Origin: an uncultured Gemmatimonadales bacterium
GTDB lineage: Bacteria; Gemmatimonadota; Gemmatimonadetes; Gemmatimonadales; GWC2-71-9
Length of the DNA: 64,000 bases
NCBI GenBank assembly: GCA_963729985.1
Contig: CAVSPJ010000002.1
Coordinates: forward strand, 773,017-837,016
Direction: 5' to 3'
The position numbers were made by a program, and so were the translations under genes. The notes below the pieces were generated by a model, which was not told the DNA's origin, made no database searches, and saw nothing but the letters and a program-made list of their open reading frames with translations. Positions 57,443 to 64,000 of this stretch are shown here, in pieces (positions within the stretch are counted from its first letter, which is position 1; every line of letters begins with the position of its first letter).

Positions 57443-58408
57443 ATGAGTGACAAGAAGATCATCGCCGTGGTCGGCGCCACCGGCGCGCAGGGCGGCGGGC
57501 TGGTTCGAGCGATCCTGGCCGACAGGGGCAGTCAGTTCAAGCCCCGGGCGCTCACCCGCAACGTCAATTCGGACAAGGCCAAGGCGCTCGCCGCCGCCGG
57601 CGCCGAGGTGGTGGCCGCCGACGTAGACGATCCGGCGACACTGCGGCGTGCGTTCGAGGGGGCGTACGGAGCGTACTGCGTCACCTTTTTCTGGGATCAC
57701 TTTTCGGCCGAGAAGGAGATCGCCGAGGCCGGCGCGATGGCCGAAGCCGCGAAGCAGACCGGGCTGAAGCACGTGATCTGGTCCACTTTCGAGGACGTCC
57801 GCCGGTTCGTGCCGCTCGACGACGACCGGATGCCCACCCTCGGCGGGAAGTACAAGGTTCCTCACTTCGATGGCAAGGCCGAGGCCAACGCGCTGTTCAC
57901 CCGCGCCGGCGTGCCCACCACCTTCCTGCTCACCTCGTTCTACTGGGAGAACTTCATCTACTTCGGCGCCGGCCCCAAGCGCGGGCCCGACGGCAAGCTG
58001 GCGCTGGTCATGCCGATGGGCGACAAGAAGCTGTCCGCCATTGCCGCGGAGGACATCGGCAAGTGCGCCTACGGCATCTTCAAACGGGGCCGGGAATTCA
58101 TCGGCAAGACGGTGGGCATCGCGGGCGAGCACTTGACCGGGGCGGAGCTGGCGGCCGGGCTATCCCGTGCGCTCGGCGAGAAGGTGGTCTATCAGGACGT
58201 GCCGCCCGAGGTGTACCGCGGGTTCGGTTTCCCCGGCGCCGACGACATGGGCAACATGTTCCAGTTCAAGCGCGACTTCAACGACCAGTACGTGGGGGCC
58301 CGGAGCCTGGAGTTCAGCCGGTCACTCAACCCCGAGCTCCAGACGTTCGAGCAGTGGCTCCCGAAGAACGCCGGCAAGATCCCGATCGAAGCTGCGTCCA
58401 CCTCGTGA
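57443..58408 (+). CDS. NmrA/HSCARG family NAD(P)-binding protein
   Basis: VVGATGAQGGGL, VPHFDGK, FYWENF; AGGAGG RBS. Confidence 0.92.
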   Translation: MSDKKIIAVVGATGAQGGGLVRAILADRGSQFKPRALTRNVNSDKAKALAAAGAEVVAADVDDPATLRRAFEGAYGAYCVTFFWDHFSAEKEIAEAGAMAEAAKQTGLKHVIWSTFEDVRRFVPLDDDRMPTLGGKYKVPHFDGKAEANALFTRAGVPTTFLLTSFYWENFIYFGAGPKRGPDGKLALVMPMGDKKLSAIAAEDIGKCAYGIFKRGREFIGKTVGIAGEHLTGAELAAGLSRALGEKVVYQDVPPEVYRGFGFPGADDMGNMFQFKRDFNDQYVGARSLEFSRSLNPELQTFEQWLPKNAGKIPIEAASTS

Positions 58409-58415
58409 GCCGATA

Positions 58416-58519
58416 GTCATCCTGAGCGGCATTGTCATCCTGAGCGAAGCGAAGGATCTTCCCCGGAAATGGCCCGATCCTCGGCGGGTATCTCCCATTC
58501 GCTTCGCTCCCAGGATGAC
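58416..58519. repeat. REP-like palindromic element (GTCATCCTGAGCGAAGCGAAGGATCT type)
   Basis: GTCATCCTGAGCG at 58416 and 58434; inverted end TTCGCTTCGCTCCCAGGATGAC at 58498-58519. Confidence 0.75.
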
Positions 58520-58603
58520 GCCGAATCTGCAACCGGGGCCCGCCCGGGACCGTAGTCAGGGCTACGATCCATCCCCTTCCACCTCTCGATCCGGGTTCGG
58601 TGC

Positions 58604-60046
58604 ATGAGTTTCCTTCGGTCGGCCGTGCTCCCGTCCGTCCTCCTCCCCGCTGCGCTCGCCGCCCAGTCCATCCCCGGCGCCGAGTACGCCGCCCGCCGCG
58701 ATTCTCTCGCCGGGCGGATCGACAGTGGGGTGGTCGTCGCCTACGGCGGCCGTACGCCGGTGGGGCCCGAACGATTCTCGCAGCTCCCCGCCTTCCGCTA
58801 TCTCACCGGGTTTCTCGAGCCGGACGCCGCGTTCGTGATGGTGGTCCGGCCCGGGTCGAGACGGGCAACCCTGTTCACCGCGGAGCGCGATCCCCGGCGT
58901 GCGCTCTACGACGGCTTCCCGCCCGACACGGCCGAGGTCGCCCGGCGGACCGGGATCGACGCCCGCTCGATCGGCGCTCTGCCCCACTACCTCGATTCGC
59001 TGGGCGATGCCGGCCTCCCCTTCTATACTCTCCGCGATTTCGCCACCGCCGACGCGACCGAGTCCGACTCGCTCACCCGCGGGGGGAGCTACATGGCTCG
59101 CTTCGCCGACGGACACCCCAGCCTGACGTTTCTGGACGCGCATCCGATCCTCGACAGCCTGCGAACCCGGAAGAGCCCCGCCGAGCAAGCCATGATCCGC
59201 CGGGCGATCGCGCTGACGGTCGGCGGGCTCCGGGAAGTCATGCGGGCCTTGAAGCCGGGGATGTGGGAGTACCAGGTGGAGGCCATGTTCCAGTCGGCCT
59301 TTCGCCGCACCGGCGGCGACGGAACCGCATTCGTCTCCATCGTCGGCTCGGGACCCAACTCGACCCAGTATCACTACAACGCCAACGACCGCCGGATCGG
59401 GAAGGGCGAGGTGGTCGTGATGGACGTGGGCGCCGCGTACGGCGGCTACGCGGCCGACGTCACCCGCACGCTGCCCGCCGGCGGCCGGTTCACCGCCGAG
59501 CAGCGCGCGATCTACCAGATCGTGCGCGATGCCCAGGCCGCGGCCGAGAAAACCGCGGGGCCCGGCGCCTCCTTCGAGGCCTGGCGCGAGGCGGCGCGCG
59601 AGGTGGTTGCCCGCGGCGTGGCCCGGCTCGGCCTTACCGAGGGGGTGGACGCGACGTTCGACCCGCCCTGGGCCGACCAGTGCGCCGGCAATCCGGTCGC
59701 CTGCACCCAGGCGTTTCTCTACATGGCGCACGGACTCGGCCACGGGATCGGGCTCGAGGTGCACGACCGGCCTCATCCCTGGTACGGCACCGGCGCCTTT
59801 CAGGTGGGTGATGTCTTCACCATCGAGCCGGGCATCTACGTGAGCCGGAAGCTGCTCGACATCCTTCCCGACACGCCCAAGAACCGGGCCATGATCGCCA
59901 AGGTGCGCCCCGCGGTCGAGCGCTACCACGACATCGGCATCCGAATCGAAGACGACTACCTGATCACCGATGGGGGAGCCGAGTGGCTCTCCCGCGCGCC
60001 GCGCGAGATCAGCGAGATCGAGGCGGAGATGGCGCGACGCCCCTGA
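58604..60046 (+). CDS. Secreted Xaa-Pro aminopeptidase (M24B)
   Basis: FRYLTG..EP, DVGA...GYAADVTRT, HGLGHGIGLEVHD, TIEPGIY, GIRIEDD. Confidence 0.92.
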   Translation: MSFLRSAVLPSVLLPAALAAQSIPGAEYAARRDSLAGRIDSGVVVAYGGRTPVGPERFSQLPAFRYLTGFLEPDAAFVMVVRPGSRRATLFTAERDPRRALYDGFPPDTAEVARRTGIDARSIGALPHYLDSLGDAGLPFYTLRDFATADATESDSLTRGGSYMARFADGHPSLTFLDAHPILDSLRTRKSPAEQAMIRRAIALTVGGLREVMRALKPGMWEYQVEAMFQSAFRRTGGDGTAFVSIVGSGPNSTQYHYNANDRRIGKGEVVVMDVGAAYGGYAADVTRTLPAGGRFTAEQRAIYQIVRDAQAAAEKTAGPGASFEAWREAAREVVARGVARLGLTEGVDATFDPPWADQCAGNPVACTQAFLYMAHGLGHGIGLEVHDRPHPWYGTGAFQVGDVFTIEPGIYVSRKLLDILPDTPKNRAMIAKVRPAVERYHDIGIRIEDDYLITDGGAEWLSRAPREISEIEAEMARRP

Positions 60047-61305
60047 CCAAGCTTCTCGTTCTCTTCGTCACCGCGTTCGTGGACATGGTGGGGCTCGCGA
60101 TGATCGTGCCCCTCCTGCCCTACTACGCCACGGACTTCGGCGCCGGGGCGGCCACCGTCGGCGTGCTCATCTCCGCGTTCGCCGTCGCCCAGCTCGCGGT
60201 ATCGCCGCTCTGGGGCCGGCTCTCCGACGGCTACGGACGGCGGCCCGCCATTCTCGCCGGCCTCCTGATCACCGCCGCCGCCTACATCCTCTTCGCCTTC
60301 GCTCAATCGGTGCCGACCCTGCTGCTGGCGCGGGTGGTTCAGGGCATCGGCGGCGGCACCATCGGCGTGGTCCAGGCCTACGTCGCCGACGTCTCGCCGC
60401 CGGAGCAGCGCACCAAGAGCCTCGGCTGGCTCTCCGCCATCACCAGCCTCGGCGCGGTTGCCGGGCCGGCGTTCGGCTCGCTCATGGTCTCGCTTGGCGG
60501 ACAGGAGTTCGTGGGGCTCGGGGCGGGCGGGCTCGCGGCGCTGGTCGCCGTCTTCGCCTGGCAGTTTCTCAGGGAGTCCCACCGGACACCGACGCGGGGA
60601 GCCCAGCGCCTTGCGACCACCGGCCGCGCGGCGATCGCGCATGTGCTCTCCCGCTGGCACGAGCCGGCGCCGCGACTGATCTGGATCTACGCGGTGGGCA
60701 TCGGCGCCTTCTACGGCACGATCCAGATCGTGCCCCTCCTGCTGGCCGACCGGCTCGGCGTCACCGAGCGCACCATCGGCTACTTCGTGATGTATCTGGG
60801 CGGGATGGGGGTGATCGTGCGCGCGCTGGTGTTGGGACGGGCGGTAGACCGGCTGGGCGAGGCGCGTCTCGCCCGGCTCGGCATTCTCATTCTCGCGGCG
60901 GGGCTGGCCGCGACCGGGCTGGGCCACGGGAGCGCCGTGCTCGCCGCCGGGTTCACCCTCATGCCGCTCGGCACGGCGTTCCTCTTTCCCTGCGTCACCG
61001 GCCTGCTCTCCCGGACCGTGCCGGGCCCGGAGCGAGGGCTCTACATGGGAGTGCAGCACACCTTCGGGGGGGTCTCCCGGGTCGCGTTTCCCATCGCGGC
61101 AGGCCTCCTGATGGACCGGTTCGGAGTGGGGGTTCCGTTTTGGCTCGCCGGCATCCTGGTGCTCGCCACCCTCCCGCTCACCCGCTCGATCGGCGCCGGC
61201 CCCGTGCGGGAGCCCGCCGAGGCGGCCGGGGCCCTCCAGATGGCGGCGGCGGACATCACGGCTGAGATGCCGGTGCCGCCGGCGGCCTCATCCGGGCGAG
61301 GGTGA
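60043..61305 (+). CDS. MFS transporter (TetA/DHA1-like)
   Basis: FVDMVGL.MIVPLLP, WGRLSDGYGRRP (motif A); start uncertain (CTG overlapping the upstream TGA). Confidence 0.88.
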   Translation: MTKLLVLFVTAFVDMVGLAMIVPLLPYYATDFGAGAATVGVLISAFAVAQLAVSPLWGRLSDGYGRRPAILAGLLITAAAYILFAFAQSVPTLLLARVVQGIGGGTIGVVQAYVADVSPPEQRTKSLGWLSAITSLGAVAGPAFGSLMVSLGGQEFVGLGAGGLAALVAVFAWQFLRESHRTPTRGAQRLATTGRAAIAHVLSRWHEPAPRLIWIYAVGIGAFYGTIQIVPLLLADRLGVTERTIGYFVMYLGGMGVIVRALVLGRAVDRLGEARLARLGILILAAGLAATGLGHGSAVLAAGFTLMPLGTAFLFPCVTGLLSRTVPGPERGLYMGVQHTFGGVSRVAFPIAAGLLMDRFGVGVPFWLAGILVLATLPLTRSIGAGPVREPAEAAGALQMAAADITAEMPVPPAASSGRG

Positions 61306-61417
61306 CGAGCGAGCCGTGGCTCGGGCCGCGCCAGAGGTGAACTTGACGGCCGGCGGTCCGGCGGTGCAGGATGAGAAGGTACCCCTCGCAGGCGTCCCAC
61401 CAGACAAGGAGGACATC

Positions 61418-61858
61418 ATGCGGAAGGTCGCTTTGAGTGCGGCGGGATTCTTCCTGGCCGCGACCCTGGGTTGCGGGGATCGTGCGCGGACCGATCTCGG
61501 CAGCACCGTGGATACGGCGGCGGTCCAGAACATCGCGCCGGCGCAGGAGACGGGCGATGCGGCCGAGGCGCCCCGCTCCTACGGTTTCGAGGATCGCAAG
61601 GAGTTCGCCCAGTCGGTGCAGCAACGGCTCGCCGACCTCGACCGGCAAGCCGAGGAGCTGACCAATCAGGCGAAGTCCGCCGGCGGCAGCGTGAGCGATC
61701 GCGCCCTGGCGAATATCCGCTCCGCCCGGCGGGCAGCCGAGCGGACCCTAGGACGCATCGACGCCGCCACCGCCGACAACTGGGACGAGGTCCGGCAGCG
61801 CGTAGATCGGGCCGTGGAAAGTCTCGCGGCGACCGTCGAACGGGCCTACCCCAAGTAG
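61418..61858 (+). CDS. Hypothetical helical lipoprotein
   Basis: AGGAGG RBS; lipobox TLGC; helical body with AT.DNW.EVR. Confidence 0.8.
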   Translation: MRKVALSAAGFFLAATLGCGDRARTDLGSTVDTAAVQNIAPAQETGDAAEAPRSYGFEDRKEFAQSVQQRLADLDRQAEELTNQAKSAGGSVSDRALANIRSARRAAERTLGRIDAATADNWDEVRQRVDRAVESLAATVERAYPK

Positions 61859-62160
61859 GGCGCCGGATCCCGCTCCACCCTTCCGTGCCTTAGCCGGATC
61901 CAGCCGCACCTCGCGCTTCACCGGGTCGCCGTGCTCGAGGCCGAGCCGTGCCGTGCCGTGCAGCCCGGGAATGCGCGTTTCGTACCATCCCACCCGGATC
62001 GTTCAAGACCGGCCACGCCCGAGCAGGCATGATGTCCATCCAGCCTGCTGCGGGATGGGCAAGCACCTGGCGCTGAGCGCGCCGGGCCGCGGCGCTTGCT
62101 GCGGCTGCGGATTCGGAGCGCAGCCGAAACTCTTGAGCCAGATATGGGGAGGATTGCGCC

Positions 62161-62778
62161 ATGGGGAAGGCACACTGTGCGTGGGCGGCTCTCGCCGCGG
62201 CAACTTTGTTCGGGTGCAGTAACGATTCCGTGACGCCGGCGACCCAGCCCAGCGAGGAGACGGCCGAGGCGCAACGGTTCGTTCACCGGGCTTCGGGCGG
62301 CTATCACTTCCTGATCCCGGCGGACTTCAACGGGGGAATCTTCGGCGGAGCGGTCGGCAACCGGCTGACCTTCCATGCCGCGCGTGATGCCGACGGCAAC
62401 GTCAGCGGCAGCTGGAACTACGAGCAAACCGACTTCGGCACGGCCGGCATTCCGTACACCTACAAGGGATCGGTGACCTGCTTCAAGGTTTACGATACTC
62501 CGGTGCTTGTTGGCTTCCCCGACATCCCCGCGATGACCGGCAACCGGGCCAAGTGGGGTGGCCCGATCGAGGAGACGAATGACCCCAGCGTGCCGGTCGG
62601 CATCTTCGCCTGGTTCCAGTCCATCGACAACGGAGAAGGCGCCACCAGCCCGCCCGATCTGAGCACCATCTTCGGGTTGGGCGACGAGGCCGCCAACGAG
62701 GCCTTCTGCAACGTCGCGAACGCACCGAACCCCAATTTCGGACCCCACGAGGTCGAGGGCAACATCCAGGTGCGCTGA
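62161..62778 (+). CDS. Hypothetical beta-rich lipoprotein
   Basis: GGAGG RBS; lipobox LFGC; G.VTC...DNGEG...PPD motif. Confidence 0.8.
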   Translation: MGKAHCAWAALAAATLFGCSNDSVTPATQPSEETAEAQRFVHRASGGYHFLIPADFNGGIFGGAVGNRLTFHAARDADGNVSGSWNYEQTDFGTAGIPYTYKGSVTCFKVYDTPVLVGFPDIPAMTGNRAKWGGPIEETNDPSVPVGIFAWFQSIDNGEGATSPPDLSTIFGLGDEAANEAFCNVANAPNPNFGPHEVEGNIQVR

Positions 62779-62791
62779 GCCCAGGTGCACT

Positions 62792-62833
62792 GACGCCGGC
62801 TCGGCGGCATTGGCCGTGCCGCCGAGCGGCGTC
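62792..62833 (+). terminator. GC-rich hairpin after the lipoprotein gene
   Basis: 17-bp stem with one bulge (GACGCCGGCTCGGCGGCA / TGCCGCCGAGCGGCGTC); no clear U-tract. Confidence 0.5.
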
Positions 62834-62989
62834 CTGCTCTCCCCACCGGCTCCAGTCGATCGCGGCCCCAATCCGGAGCCCCCGGGGCCCTCCGGCGCAA
62901 CCTTCCGGCCGCTGAACCCGTCAGAGAGAGCACGCGAGGCATCCAGCCGGCCCCTGTGCAACCCGCCGGTTATCCGGCGTCCACCCGCC

Positions 62990-63730
62990 ATGACCCTGAC
63001 CCTGGTCATCGCCGACGACGAGGAGCTGGCCCGGCAAGACCTCCGCAGGCTGGCGGAGGAGCTTCCGGATGTCCGCGTCGTCGGTGAGGCGGAGGACGGG
63101 CCCACCGCGCTCCGGCTGATCGACGAGCTCAGGCCGGACCTGGTGCTGCTGGACCTCGAAATGCCGGGGATGAGCGGGCTGGAGGTCGCCAGGCGCATGC
63201 GCCACCGCCCCGCCGTCGTATTCACCACCGTCTTCGACCAAAACGCCGTCGCGGCGTTCGAGCTGCAAGCCGTGGACTATCTCCTCAAGCCTTTCGACGA
63301 CGAACGTTTCAAGGCCGCGATCGACCGCGCGCGGCAGCGCTCTCAGGCCCCCTCGGATCTCACCGACGGCGAGCGGCTGAGGCACGCGCTGTACGAGAGC
63401 GGGCACCTCAGCCGGGTATTCGTCCGCGACCGCAATCGCATCCTGGTCGTCCCCACCAGCGAGATCGAGCGGCTCGAGGCCCGCGGCGACTACGTCGCCC
63501 TCCACACCGGATCCAAGCGCCACCTGGTCCAGGTCGCGATCGCGGACATGGAGCGGATGCTCGACCCGGGGCGCTTCGTCCGGGTGCACCGCTCCCACAT
63601 CGTGAACCTGGACTACGTCGTCGCCTTCACCACCGACCCCAAGGGCTCCCTCGAAGTCGAGCTCCGCAGCGGCACCAGGCTCAGCGTGAGCCGCTCCCGC
63701 GCCCAGGCCCTCCGCAACCTCGTGCTCTAA
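62990..63730 (+). CDS. LytR/AlgR family response regulator (REC + LytTR)
   Basis: IADDE, LLDLEMP, AVDYLLKPF, FVRVHRSHIVN, VSRSR. Confidence 0.93.
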   Translation: MTLTLVIADDEELARQDLRRLAEELPDVRVVGEAEDGPTALRLIDELRPDLVLLDLEMPGMSGLEVARRMRHRPAVVFTTVFDQNAVAAFELQAVDYLLKPFDDERFKAAIDRARQRSQAPSDLTDGERLRHALYESGHLSRVFVRDRNRILVVPTSEIERLEARGDYVALHTGSKRHLVQVAIADMERMLDPGRFVRVHRSHIVNLDYVVAFTTDPKGSLEVELRSGTRLSVSRSRAQALRNLVL

Positions 63731-63790
63731 CAGTGGGGCGCGAAGCGCAGGAGCCAGCGCGCTCCCGCCTCTCCACCCCCTCAACGCGAA

Positions 63791-63856
63791 GCTAGCAGCT
63801 ACCAGCCAGCAGGCTATCGGTCGGAGTCCGATAGCTGCTGACTGATAACTGCTAGC
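63791..63856 (-). terminator. Long heptamer-repeat hairpin between convergent genes
   Basis: Arms 63791-63820 and 63828-63856; three C/A mismatches on + become G-U pairs on the - strand. Confidence 0.55.
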
Positions 63857-63879
63857 TGTTTGTCGCGACTTCTACCCTG

Positions 63880-64000
63880 CTAGAAATTGACCTCGAAGCC
63901 GAGCCGGGCGCGCCGGCCGATGCCGAGCTGCTGGTGCTCGCCGCGGGCGACGTCGTACAGCGCGTTGACCGCGTTGCTCTGCTCGGCCACGCTGAAGACG
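63880..64000 (-). CDS. C-terminal end of a TonB-dependent receptor-like outer-membrane protein (partial)
   Basis: ...LYDVARGEHQQLGIGRRARLGFEVNF*; alternating last beta-strand with a terminal Phe; runs off the window. Confidence 0.65.
   Translation of the reverse strand, partial: VFSVAEQSNAVNALYDVARGEHQQLGIGRRARLGFEVNF

Noticed and set aside
61860-62160. Short ORFs (61890-62162 -, 61953-62222 +) and possible LytTR direct repeats
   Set aside because: No recognisable motifs, and the candidate repeats are degenerate with irregular spacing (20 and 23 bp)
1-64000. Many long overlapping ORFs in the track (e.g. 2325-4145 +, 4360-6372 -, 35752-37707 +, 51146-53452 +, 42721-44118 +)
   Set aside because: Antisense or off-frame shadows of well-supported genes; stop codons are scarce at this GC content and the translations carry no motifs

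Overview
Very GC-rich (roughly 70%, by eye), densely coding bacterial DNA. The style (eukaryote-like Ser/Thr kinases with TPR or PD40 tails, Cys-paired repeat lipoproteins, a DUF5916-like protein, a TonB-receptor C-terminus) suggests Gemmatimonadota; this is inference. I see about 60 accessory metabolic and regulatory genes and no rRNA, tRNA, CRISPR, integrase, transposase or phage genes. The left end holds a di-heme peroxidase, a solA-type N-methyl-amino-acid oxidase divergent from a PQQ methanol/ethanol dehydrogenase with the lanthanide-type WDYD motif plus its cytochrome c, then kynA-kynU and ada. This is the best candidate for an undescribed system, possibly N-methyl-tryptophan or C1 catabolism, and it is speculative. 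Other notable items are three domain fusions (HD+SnoaL, an N-terminal His/Cys domain+sulfite oxidase, Rieske+flavodoxin-like), a pseudo-receiver, a GntR-mmsA-AGXT2-like module, several gene relics and chimeric junctions, and four +1 frameshifts at 30.6-34.4 kb that may be assembly errors. A REP-like element and a heptamer-repeat hairpin are also present. Family assignments come from motif recognition, not database searches. Start codons were adjusted by hand where the ORF track over-extends.
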